64,000 bases of DNA from Planctomycetota bacterium (GTDB taxonomy: Bacteria > Planctomycetota > UBA1135 > UBA2386). Shown in pieces: positions 37,264 to 45,299 of this stretch; positions within the stretch are counted from its first letter, which is position 1, and each line of letters begins with the position of its first letter. Made by a program: the position numbers and the translations under genes. The DNA is taken from NCBI GenBank assembly GCA_016794565.1, contig JAEUHQ010000059.1:16723-80722 (forward strand). The letters are read 5' to 3'. The notes beneath the pieces were generated by a model. The model had not been told where the DNA came from. It saw nothing but the letters and a program-made list of their open reading frames with translations, and did no database searches.

Positions 37264-38115
37264 TCACTCGATCCAGCCGCGCCAGCTCGCGATGCCGAGC
37301 AGCAGCCCGCCGGCGATCCGATACCACGCGAACGGCGCGAAGGTGTTTGCGCGCAGGAATCGGACGAACGGCCGCACCACGACGAGCGCGCTCAGGAATG
37401 CGACGACGGTCGCGGTGCACAACGGCAGTACGACGTCGCTGGTCAGCAGATCGCGGTGCTTCACCAGCTTCCACAGCGACGCGCCGTAGAGGATCGGGAG
37501 GCCGACGAGGAACGAGAACTCCGCAGCCGCGGTGCGGGAGAGCCCGAGCAGCAGCGCACCGCCGATCGTGGCGGCAGAACGGCTCGTTCCCGGCACCAGT
37601 GCGAGGCATTGGAACAGGCCGATCCAGAGCGCTGTCCGGTACGACATCTCCGGCAGTTCGCGGCCGAGCGCCCCGCCGCCGCCGACGAACCTCTCGAGCC
37701 AGAGCAGGAGCACACCGCCGCCAACCATCGTGAGGGCCACCACCGCCACCGAGAACAAGTGACCGTCGATCCAGTCGTCGGCGAGGAGCCCGAGCACCGC
37801 AGCCGGCATGGCTGCGACGACGATCTGCAGGAGGAGGTTCGGCGAGCCGGCCGCCGGGCGCAGGATCGTGCGGGCGGCGTCGAACAGGCGCTGCCAGTAG
37901 ATGACGAGGATCGCCGTGATCGCTCCCATCTGGATGCCGATCGTGAACACGTTGCCGAGCGGCGAGTCGTGCAGGCCGAGCAGGCTCTCGGCGACGATCA
38001 GATGGCCTGTGCTCGAGATCGGCAGGAACTCGGTGAGTCCCTCGACGAGGCCGAGCACCAGCGCGTCGAACAAGGAGATCGGCGGCGCGCCGGCGAGCAG
38101 CGCGGCCGGTGTCAC
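37264..38115 (-). CDS. uppP: undecaprenyl-diphosphate phosphatase
   Basis: 283 aa from GTG 38115, as a GTGA overlap with the ald stop. LVEGLTEFLPISSTGHL is the hallmark motif. The protein is polytopic. Confidence 0.92.
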   Translation of the reverse strand: MTPAALLAGAPPISLFDALVLGLVEGLTEFLPISSTGHLIVAESLLGLHDSPLGNVFTIGIQMGAITAILVIYWQRLFDAARTILRPAAGSPNLLLQIVVAAMPAAVLGLLADDWIDGHLFSVAVVALTMVGGGVLLLWLERFVGGGGALGRELPEMSYRTALWIGLFQCLALVPGTSRSAATIGGALLLGLSRTAAAEFSFLVGLPILYGASLWKLVKHRDLLTSDVVLPLCTATVVAFLSALVVVRPFVRFLRANTFAPFAWYRIAGGLLLGIASWRGWIE

Positions 38116-39218
38116 AGCACGGAGCCCGGCGCGCGGTACGGGATTCCGAACGCTTCGGCGACACCCTGGTGCGTGCATGCGCCCGCGAGCACGTTCGCCG
38201 CGGTGCCGAGCACCGGATCCGCAGCCGCGGCCTTCGCCCCCATGCCGGCCAGCCGCTTGGCCCATGGACCGGTCGCGTTCGTGAGGCCGAACGTCGACGT
38301 TCGCGGCACCGCGCCCGGCATGTTCGCGACGCAGTAGTGCAGGACACCGTCGACGACGTAGGTCGGGTCCGCGTGAGTCGTCGGCTTGCACGTCTCGATG
38401 CAGCCACCCTGGTCGACAGCGACGTCGACGATCACGGCGCCTTCCTTCATCGTCTTCAGGTCGTCCTTGCGGATGAGGCGCGGTGCACGCGCGCCTTGCA
38501 CCAGCACCGCACCGATCACGAGGTCGGCGTGGAGGATCTGTTCACGAATCGCGATCGGCGAGCTGTGCAGCAGCGTGACGTTCGCAGGCATCACGTCGCT
38601 CAGGTAGCGCAGGCGATCGAGGTCGATGTCCATCAGGCGAACGTCGGCGCCGAGGCCGGCCGCCATCTTCGCCGCGTTCGTGCCGACGACACCACCGCCG
38701 AGGATGAGCACCGTCGCGGGTTCGACCCCCGGGATGCCACCGACCAGGATGCCGCGTCCGCCGTGGTGCTTCTCGAGGCACACCGCTCCGACCTGGACCG
38801 CCATGCGACCCGCGACTTCGCTCATCGGCGTCAGCAGCGGCAGCGTGCCCTTGTGGATCAGCGTCTCGTACGCAAAGCAGTGTGCTCCCGACTTCAGCAT
38901 CGCGTCCGTCAGTTCGCGGCTCGCGGCAAAGTGGAAGTAGGTGAACAGGAGCTGTCCCTTCTTGATGAGCGGGTACTCGGCAGGCAGCGGCTCCTTCACC
39001 TTCACGATCATGTCGGCCTGGCCGTAGACCTCGGCAGCCGAGTCGACCATCGTCCCACCGGCGCGCTGGAAGGCTTCGTCGGTGACGCCGGCGCCGAGGC
39101 CCGCGGTCTTCTGGACGAGCACCTTGTGCCCGCCTCCGACGAGTTCCATCACCATCGCGGGCACCGCGCCGACGCGGTTCTCTTGGGCTTTGATCTCCTT
39201 GGGGACGCCGATGATCAT
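38112..39218 (-). CDS. ald: alanine dehydrogenase
   Basis: 368 aa from ATG 39218 (MIIGVPKEIKAQENRVG). It has the NAD-binding GGGVVGTNAAKMAAGLGADV motif. The upstream part of the 470-aa track ORF is discarded. Confidence 0.95.
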   Translation of the reverse strand: MIIGVPKEIKAQENRVGAVPAMVMELVGGGHKVLVQKTAGLGAGVTDEAFQRAGGTMVDSAAEVYGQADMIVKVKEPLPAEYPLIKKGQLLFTYFHFAASRELTDAMLKSGAHCFAYETLIHKGTLPLLTPMSEVAGRMAVQVGAVCLEKHHGGRGILVGGIPGVEPATVLILGGGVVGTNAAKMAAGLGADVRLMDIDLDRLRYLSDVMPANVTLLHSSPIAIREQILHADLVIGAVLVQGARAPRLIRKDDLKTMKEGAVIVDVAVDQGGCIETCKPTTHADPTYVVDGVLHYCVANMPGAVPRTSTFGLTNATGPWAKRLAGMGAKAAAADPVLGTAANVLAGACTHQGVAEAFGIPYRAPGSVL

Positions 39219-39319
39219 CTTGTCTACGACTCCTGCTCGAACGGGGAAAACGAGGGCGCGGACGATAGCGAGCAGGCTGCTCGCCCGCGAGCGTCGTCCG
39301 GAGTCCTCGCCACAGCGCC

Positions 39320-40504
39320 CTATGCGCAGGCGTCGCGCAGCCGTTGTTCGAGATGGACGCGTTCGCCGGCCGGCAACCCGGGCACTGCCCGGAACGTGAC
39401 TTCGACGCTGTCCCGCCCGCACCGCACCGTGGGCTCGGGTCGGTGGAGCACCCGTGGATCGTCGGCCAGCACGTGCAGCGCCGCCTGCATCGCGCGCGTG
39501 GGGTCGTCGGTGCGGATGTGGCACACAGTGCCCTCCGGCGGTTGTCGTCGCGGCGGGGCGGCTCCCGCGACTGCGGGGTGCAGCAGTTCGTCGTCGAGGA
39601 CGACGAAGTCTCCCTCCACCTCGGATCCGTCGCCCGGTGGTCCCGCCGGGCCGGCAACTTCCTGGGCCGCGGCCTCGCGCTCACTTGCCGGCAATTCCGT
39701 GGGGTTCGCATGCGACTCGCGCAAGCGCCCCACGGCTTCGCCGAGAAGCGCCGCTGCGGCCCAGATTTCCTGCACGTCCCGCGGTGCCGCTTCGACCTCG
39801 GGCCGCGCGAACGTGCTTGCTGCCGCCGCCGATTCGCCGCCCGCCTGTCGTCGGAAGCGCGCCGCCCAGGCGACGCCAAGGCCCGCCACGGCGGCCGCTG
39901 TGCCCACCCACCACCATGCGGCCAGTGTTCCTGCGCGTCGCCGCGGAGAACCGACGGCACCGACCGACTTCGGCGCAGGGTCCGTCGCGGTGGACGGCGC
40001 GCCCGGCGCGGTGTGGTTCGCCGGTGGTGCGACCGGCAGGCCATCGATGCGCTTCAAGAAGTCCTCGAGCCGGTCCGCGGTGTGGTCGAGCGCCTTCTGC
40101 AGCAAAGCCTCCGTTTCACGCTGTCGCGCGTTCTGCTCCTTCAGCGCGGTTTCGAGCCGTTGCAGCCGTGCCGTGAGCGCATCGCTCTCGTCGCGTCGCG
40201 CAGCCGAAGTCGACTCGACGAGGAGCTGGCTCCAGCGCTGCAGTTCCTGCGTCAACGCGAGCTGCTTCTCGGCGAGTTCTCGCTGTTCCGAAGCGAGGGC
40301 ATGCATGGCTTCGCGCATCGGCTGCAGGACGGCGGACCAACGTGCGGCCTCGTCCGCGGCGGATGCGCGTGGCTCGCCGGGTGAACTCCGCCGGAGCGTC
40401 TCGCGCAGCGCGCGCACTTCCGCAGCGATCTCGCTGTCCGCTGTCGGTCCGGGATCCGTGCACGAAGCCGCGACAACAACGAGGAGGATCGCGCCGAGTC
40501 TCAT
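39320..40504 (-). CDS. hypothetical lipoprotein with coiled-coil region and an internal TM helix
   Basis: 394 aa. Lipobox is LLVVVAASC. A heptad-like region runs REAMHALASEQRELAEKQLALTQELQRWSQLL...LQRLETALKEQNARQRETEALL. The hydrophobic helix is LAAWWWVGTAAAVAGLGVAWAA. Confidence 0.6.
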   Translation of the reverse strand: MRLGAILLVVVAASCTDPGPTADSEIAAEVRALRETLRRSSPGEPRASAADEAARWSAVLQPMREAMHALASEQRELAEKQLALTQELQRWSQLLVESTSAARRDESDALTARLQRLETALKEQNARQRETEALLQKALDHTADRLEDFLKRIDGLPVAPPANHTAPGAPSTATDPAPKSVGAVGSPRRRAGTLAAWWWVGTAAAVAGLGVAWAARFRRQAGGESAAAASTFARPEVEAAPRDVQEIWAAAALLGEAVGRLRESHANPTELPASEREAAAQEVAGPAGPPGDGSEVEGDFVVLDDELLHPAVAGAAPPRRQPPEGTVCHIRTDDPTRAMQAALHVLADDPRVLHRPEPTVRCGRDSVEVTFRAVPGLPAGERVHLEQRLRDACA

Positions 40505-41154
40505 CGCAGGGCTCCCGGCCGGCGTTCGACGAGGAACGACGCGAGGGCGTCACCCGACCAGCGGAGCCGTCGCGGTCCTGCCACCACCGAACCCCGCAGC
40601 ACCCGCAGCTCGGCGTCGACGAGATCGATCGGCAGTTGACCGGGACAGGCAACCGACGCCGTCGGGTTCGCGATCCACAGCGGCACGATTGCGCGCGGCT
40701 CGGACGCGGGAACGGGGAAGCGCACGTGGAGAGGCGACACCGCACGGTACACCGTGCCCGAACGGTCGTCCCATTCGGGCGCGAGCCCGCGCGTCGGCAG
40801 CTCGAGAAGGACCTGCGGTTCCGAGGCGGCGCTGGACATCAGCATCACGGTCGGCACGAGCGGAATCTGCACGTAGCCGCGCAGGCGGCCGTGCGGCCCG
40901 AGCGCGATCGTTTCGCGAGCGGCGACGTGCACCGGCAGTCGCGGCGCGCGCAACGCGAGCGCGAGGTCGTTGCCGGGGGCCACGCCGAGCGCGAAACGTC
41001 GCGCTTCGCGCCCGTCGGTCCAGAGCAGCGACAGACCGCCGCGCATGCCCTCGAGCACGAGTTCGTGCGCTCCGCACTGGACCCGGGTTCCCGCCCCGCG
41101 AACTGGCCGCGGTAGCGGCGTCGACAATGCGACGAATGCGGGTTCTCGGTCCAT
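40501..41154 (-). CDS. hypothetical protein
   Basis: 217 aa from ATG 41154. The track ORF adds 40 Arg-rich codons up to 41274. Its stop overlaps the next gene's ATG (ATGA at 40501-40504). The sequence is beta-rich. No family recognised. Confidence 0.5.
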   Translation of the reverse strand: MDREPAFVALSTPLPRPVRGAGTRVQCGAHELVLEGMRGGLSLLWTDGREARRFALGVAPGNDLALALRAPRLPVHVAARETIALGPHGRLRGYVQIPLVPTVMLMSSAASEPQVLLELPTRGLAPEWDDRSGTVYRAVSPLHVRFPVPASEPRAIVPLWIANPTASVACPGQLPIDLVDAELRVLRGSVVAGPRRLRWSGDALASFLVERRPGALR

Positions 41155-41293
41155 GGAGCGGCGCGCAGGGTAGCCGGAACGGCAGGCGTGCGGGAGACGC
41201 CCGCGCTTCGCGCGGGGTCCGCGGCGCCCGGAGGCGCCGGAAATGGGTCTTGCTTCCCGACGCGTGCTTGCCATGATGCCGCGCCTCGCAACC

Positions 41294-41370
41294 GGGCGTT
41301 TAGCTCAGTTGGCTAGAGCATCAGCTCGACAAGCTGAGGGTCGCAGGTTCGACTCCTGCAACGCCCACCA
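41294..41370 (+). tRNA. tRNA-Val (anticodon GAC) with encoded CCA; unusual C at position 33
   Basis: Manual cloverleaf follows. Acceptor GGGCGTT/AACGCCC, D stem GCTC/GAGC, anticodon stem TCAGC/GCTGA, loop T-C-G-A-C-A-A (anticodon 41328-41330). Variable loop GGGTC, T arm GCAGG-TTCGACT-CCTGC, A73, CCA. Confidence 0.88.
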
Positions 41371-41606
41371 CTCTCCAGTTGCGAAGCCGCCGCGTCGACC
41401 ACGCGCCCGACGGTCGGATTGACGCGTCGCGAACGCTCTTCGTGCCCCTCGGCGAAGTTCGGCTCCGCAGTTGTCGCTGCGGTCGGAATCGCGGACGACC
41501 CGCCCCGTGTCATGGGCTGATCGTGCTGCCGCGCGGGCTCGCCGCGTCACGCTTCCTACGCTGCCACGGGGAGCAGCGCCCAGGGGAGCACCGCCGGATG
41601 CATCGG

Positions 41607-41756
41607 TCAGGCGACGCGAATCTGCTTGGTGCGCCCGCGGCGGGCCACTTCGGCGCGCAGTGCGTCGGCTCGGGAGCAGCGAATGGCGCGCCCGATCACC
41701 GGGGCGAGGAAACAGGAAGCGAGGCACCAGCATCCGACTACGGCGGTAACGGACAT
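41607..41756 (-). CDS. possible small Cys-rich membrane peptide (49 aa)
   Basis: It is below the track's size cut-off. AGGAGG lies 4 nt before ATG 41756. Translation is MSVTAVVGCWCLASCFLAPVIGRAIRCSRADALRAEVARRGRTKQIRVA*. I counted about 39 of 49 codons ending in G/C. No homology evidence is available. Confidence 0.35.
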   Translation of the reverse strand: MSVTAVVGCWCLASCFLAPVIGRAIRCSRADALRAEVARRGRTKQIRVA

Positions 41757-41883
41757 CGAACCTCCTGAGGTGGGCATGTCGCGTTACGCGCCGCGCGAAG
41801 TGAGGTGGCTCGCCGAAATCCGCGATTCCCGCAGGTTTCTCGCCGAACCGTCCGACGGCACGCCGCGGCCCGGTGGCACCGGG

Positions 41884-42555
41884 TCAGACGAGACGCAGCT
41901 GCGAGCGCTTGTGCCGGACGATCTCGCCTTCGTGCAGGAAGACGACGTCCTCGGCGATGTTCGTCGCGAGATCGGCGATGCGCTCCACCTGCCGCGACGT
42001 CGACAACGTCAGTACGGCGGCGTCGATGGCTTTCGAATCCTCGCGCATGCGATCCTGCAGCACCTCGAACATGCGACGTTGCGCGGCATCGACGGCGAGG
42101 TCGTCTTCGAGGACCTGGCGAGCCAGACGCGAATCCTCGCGAGCGAGGCACTCGAGGGACTTCTTCGCCATGCCGAGTGCCATGGTCACCATCTGCGGGA
42201 ACTCGACGGGGAGAACGAATGCGGGCAGCGAAGACATCTGCAGCGCGCGCGCCGCGATGCTCGCGGCGGCGTCGGCCATGCGCTCGAGATCGTTGTTCAC
42301 TTTGAGCACGGCGACGACGAAGCGCAGGTCGCCTGCGACGCAGTGGTGAAGCGCCAGCGTCTTCAGGCACTCCTCCTCGAGTCGGACTTCGGCTTCGTCG
42401 ACGTCGCGGTCGCCGGCCACGACGCTCTGAGCCAGCGCGGCATCGCGGTGCAGGAACGCGTTCGTTGCGTTCGCCAGCGTGTTTTCGACGAGCGATCCGA
42501 GCTGGAGCAGGCGCTTGCGCAGGGCGTCGAGATCGCGATACAGGTGCAGACTCAT
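41884..42555 (-). CDS. phoU: phosphate signalling complex protein PhoU
   Basis: 223 aa. It has a duplicated PhoU helix-bundle pattern (DxxVDxxE...; NNDLERMADAA / SRQVERIADLATNIAEDV). The ATG overlaps the phoR stop (ATGA). Confidence 0.95.
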   Translation of the reverse strand: MSLHLYRDLDALRKRLLQLGSLVENTLANATNAFLHRDAALAQSVVAGDRDVDEAEVRLEEECLKTLALHHCVAGDLRFVVAVLKVNNDLERMADAAASIAARALQMSSLPAFVLPVEFPQMVTMALGMAKKSLECLAREDSRLARQVLEDDLAVDAAQRRMFEVLQDRMREDSKAIDAAVLTLSTSRQVERIADLATNIAEDVVFLHEGEIVRHKRSQLRLV

Positions 42556-43739
42556 GGCGTGTCCTCCGTACGAGAGCGCGGCAATGTGACCCAGAACTTG
42601 CTGCCTTGGCCGAGGGTACTCTGAACCCCCACGTCGCCACCAAGATTGCGGACGGTGTGTTTCACGATCGACAAGCCGAGCCCGGTACCGCCGAGATCCC
42701 GGGAGCGGGCGCGGTCGACACGATAGAAGCGCTCGAAGACGCGCGCCTGATCTTCGAGAGACAAACCGATCCCCGTGTCCGCGACTTCGAGGCGGACGAG
42801 GTCCGGGGTCCGGTCCACACGAACGGACACCGTGCCGCCCCCCGGCGTGTACTTGATCGCGTTGTCGATCAGATTGCCGGCCACCTGCCGCAGGGCTTCA
42901 CGATCTGCGCGGACCAGCGCGGCGTCCTCGGGCAGCGTCGACTCCAGGTGCAGCCCGCGCTGGTCGGCGAGTTGCACGAGGTCGCGGATCGTGTCGCGGA
43001 CGACCGCTGCCACGTCGCACGGTTCGCGTGCCTGATCGACCGCGTTGTCCTCGTCGAGGCGCGAAAGCGTGAGCAGGTCCGCGACGAGCGTGCTGAGTCG
43101 TTCCGTCTGCCGGGCGATGCGGCCGAGGAAGCGGGCGCGCGTCTCGGCCGGCATCTCGGCGTCGTCGAGCATCGTCTCCACGAAGCCCTGGATGGCCGCG
43201 AGGGGAGTCTTGAGTTCGTGCGACACGTTCGCCACGAAGTCTCGGCGCAGCGATTCGAGTCGTCTGATTCGGCTCTGGTCGTCGATCGCGACGACGAGAC
43301 CTCCTCCCGGCAGGGAGTGCACCCGTACTGCGAGCACCAGGCCCTCGTTCGCGGTGTCGTCGAGTTCGAATTCGACGACGCGGTGCTCGCGCCGGCACTC
43401 ACCCAGGGCCGCTTCGAGACGTGGCCAGGGGACGACGTCCTGCAGGAGGCGATTCCTCAGATCGCCCGGCAACGACGCGAGGCGGCGCGCTGCTTCGTTC
43501 GCTGCGACGATCGCGCCGCGTTCGTCGACCACGACGAGACCCTCGCTTGCACCGGACAGTCCGGCGACGAGCCGTTCCACGAGATCGGCGAGGCGCGTGT
43601 TGTCCTCGGTTGCCGCGCGCAGGGTCAGCTCGCGCCGGCGCGCGGTGCCCCGACTGCGCTGCCACGCCAGGGCGAAGCAGGCGGCGACTGCGAGAAGTGC
43701 CAAGGCCACCCAGGTCATGGCAGCCGCCTCACCGGGCAT
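42552..43739 (-). CDS. phoR: PhoR-like sensor histidine kinase
   Basis: 395 aa. Order is an N-terminal TM, a PAS-like region, the H-box FVANVSHELKTPLAAIQGF, the N box NLIDNAIKYTP, and G boxes DTGIGL / GGTGLGLSIVKH. Confidence 0.9.
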   Translation of the reverse strand: MPGEAAAMTWVALALLAVAACFALAWQRSRGTARRRELTLRAATEDNTRLADLVERLVAGLSGASEGLVVVDERGAIVAANEAARRLASLPGDLRNRLLQDVVPWPRLEAALGECRREHRVVEFELDDTANEGLVLAVRVHSLPGGGLVVAIDDQSRIRRLESLRRDFVANVSHELKTPLAAIQGFVETMLDDAEMPAETRARFLGRIARQTERLSTLVADLLTLSRLDEDNAVDQAREPCDVAAVVRDTIRDLVQLADQRGLHLESTLPEDAALVRADREALRQVAGNLIDNAIKYTPGGGTVSVRVDRTPDLVRLEVADTGIGLSLEDQARVFERFYRVDRARSRDLGGTGLGLSIVKHTVRNLGGDVGVQSTLGQGSKFWVTLPRSRTEDTP

Positions 43740-43773
43740 GCACGGGCACGGGTCTCGTTCGCCCGCCGGCCGT

Positions 43774-44481
43774 TCACTTCAAGGCTTCCGCGAAGCGGTA
43801 GCCGACGCCGCGCACGGTCTCGAGGATCGCCGCGTGGTCGCCGAGCTTCTGCCTCAGGGCGCGCACGTGCACGTCGATGTTGCGATCCGTGACCAACGCG
43901 TCTTCGCCGATCACGCGGCTCAGCAAGTGGGCGCGCGGGAACACGCGGCCCGGGTGCGAGGCGAGGAAGTGCAGGAGGCGCATCTCGGTGGGCGTCAGGC
44001 TCAGGAGCTGTTCGTTCAGGCGAGCTTCGTGGCGCCCGAGGTCGATCGTCAATGCCCCCCGCACGACCCGTTCCCCACCGCCGCTCTGCTCGCGCAGCGG
44101 GCCGCGCCGGAGGACCACCTTCACGCGTGCGATCAGTTCTCGCGGGCTGAACGGCTTCGTGATGTAGTCGTCGGCGCCGATGCCGAGGCCGAGCACGATG
44201 TCGCTCTCCTCGCTCTTCGCCGTGACCATGATGATGGGGATCGCGCGCGTCACCGGGTCGGACTTCACCTGGCGGCACACCTCGACTCCGTCCATCCCGG
44301 GGAGCATGAGATCCAGGATCACCAGATCCGGATTGTCGGTGCGGATCCGGCTGAGTCCCTGCTCACCGTTGCGACACGCGAGGACTTTGTGTCCCTCGCG
44401 TTCGAGGTTGTATTGGATGACTTCGAGGATGTCCGGCTCGTCCTCGATGACCAGGACTTTGGGCTTGGCCACGGCGATCAA
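43774..44481 (-). CDS. phoB: OmpR/PhoB-family response regulator
   Basis: About 235 aa. The receiver has VLVIEDE, DLVILDLMLPGMDG and the conserved K. The winged-helix output has TPTEMRLLHFLASHPGRVF and VDVHVRALRQKL. Start is TTG 44481 or GTG 44472. Confidence 0.92.
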   Translation of the reverse strand: MIAVAKPKVLVIEDEPDILEVIQYNLEREGHKVLACRNGEQGLSRIRTDNPDLVILDLMLPGMDGVEVCRQVKSDPVTRAIPIIMVTAKSEESDIVLGLGIGADDYITKPFSPRELIARVKVVLRRGPLREQSGGGERVVRGALTIDLGRHEARLNEQLLSLTPTEMRLLHFLASHPGRVFPRAHLLSRVIGEDALVTDRNIDVHVRALRQKLGDHAAILETVRGVGYRFAEALK

Positions 44482-44492
44482 GTGTCGTGCGC

Positions 44493-44547
44493 GTTGGGGT
44501 AAGAGTCGCAGAAGACCCTAGGTAGGCATGGAGAAGGAAGTGTGAAG
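44493..44547 (-). promoter_or_regulatory. five 11-nt phased direct repeats upstream of phoB (candidate Pho-box array)
   Basis: The minus strand reads CTTCACACTTC CTTCTCCATGC CTACCTAGGGT CTTCTGCGACT CTTACCCCAAC. Every 11-nt unit starts CT(T/A)(C/A). The first unit contains TTCACA, matching the TT(A/T/C)ACA half-site described for Bacillus PhoP. The array ends 11 nt before TTG 44481. Confidence 0.35.
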
Positions 44548-44553
44548 GCCAAC

Positions 44554-45186
44554 TCAAGCTTCCATCGCCCGTACCACGGGCTCGAAGGCGAACCGCAGGG
44601 CGACGCCGGCCACGGCGGGCAGGCACTGCACTGCAGCTCCCCGTCGTGCTGCAAGGCTCCGCAACTGCGCCGGCAGGTCGGACACAGCGATCGGAAAGGG
44701 CAGCGTTCCGGGGGCCGATTCGAAGTGCACGTGCACCCCGAGGTCCGTTCCGTTCGGTGTTCCGGCCTCGATCACGACGGTGCCGTGCACACCCGGCTGC
44801 AGGCCGCGGACCAGGCGCACGACCGCGTCGGCCGTCAGCACGACGAGGTGCGAAGGATCCACCATCGCGGACCCGGCCGACGCTGCCACGCGGACGGTCA
44901 GGCGGTGGTGCGCTTCGCGCAGGGGCACACGAATCACCTCGACGAGGCGTTCGAGGACGGCGACGCCGTTCGCGGCCGCAGGTGCCGATTCTCCGGCGAG
45001 GAAGCGCATCAGGTCGAGGCCCGCCGCGCCCCGCTGGACCGCCGCGCTCACCGCTTCGCGGGAGCGCTGCGCGGAGCCCTCCGCGATCAGGAAGGCTGCA
45101 CCCTGGATCGACAGGAAGGCGTTGCCGAACTGGTGGAGCAGTCCGGGCACCAGGAACGACAGGGTCTCCGGGTTCGTGGGCGGCAA
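44554..45186 (-). CDS. degenerate histidine-kinase-like protein, possibly ChpT-type histidine phosphotransferase
   Basis: 210 aa. An H-box-like LLHQFGNAFLSIQGAAFLI lies near the N-terminus, followed by LDLMRFLAGES. The alpha/beta C-half has no recognisable N, G1 or G2 ATP-binding boxes. Size and layout resemble Caulobacter ChpT as I recall it. Confidence 0.5.
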   Translation of the reverse strand: MPPTNPETLSFLVPGLLHQFGNAFLSIQGAAFLIAEGSAQRSREAVSAAVQRGAAGLDLMRFLAGESAPAAANGVAVLERLVEVIRVPLREAHHRLTVRVAASAGSAMVDPSHLVVLTADAVVRLVRGLQPGVHGTVVIEAGTPNGTDLGVHVHFESAPGTLPFPIAVSDLPAQLRSLAARRGAAVQCLPAVAGVALRFAFEPVVRAMEA

Positions 45187-45299
45187 GGGAACTCGGGCTC
45201 TCAGGGCCTGGGGGAGAATCCTCTCGAAGGCTCTGCTCGTCGGCGAAGGCCGCCGTCAGTCGGCACTCTGGGTGACCGCGTCATGGTTCTTCTCGCCGA

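Noticed and set aside
39268-39284. 7-bp hairpin GCGAGCA-GGC-TGCTCGC after the lipoprotein gene as a terminator
   Set aside because: The stem is short, and the only T-run on the transcribed strand lies about 15 nt downstream rather than adjacent. This is too weak to call.
38109-41276. 1055-aa plus-strand ORF
   Set aside because: It is antisense to uppP, ald and the two envelope genes, all of which have clear family motifs or coding features. The translation is Arg/Ala/Ser-rich low complexity.
41305-41733. 142-aa minus-strand ORF next to or over tRNA-Val
   Set aside because: It overlaps the tRNA gene. It has an Arg-rich product, no SD and no motifs.
41371-41883. Possible integrated element or integrase downstream of tRNA-Val, and similarly at tRNA-Leu (51796 onward)
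   Set aside because: No integrase, recombinase or phage-like ORF and no direct repeat of the tRNA 3' end could be found. The flanking genes are ordinary chromosomal genes.
41626-42624. 332-aa plus-strand ORF
   Set aside because: It is antisense to phoU, which has unambiguous family features.
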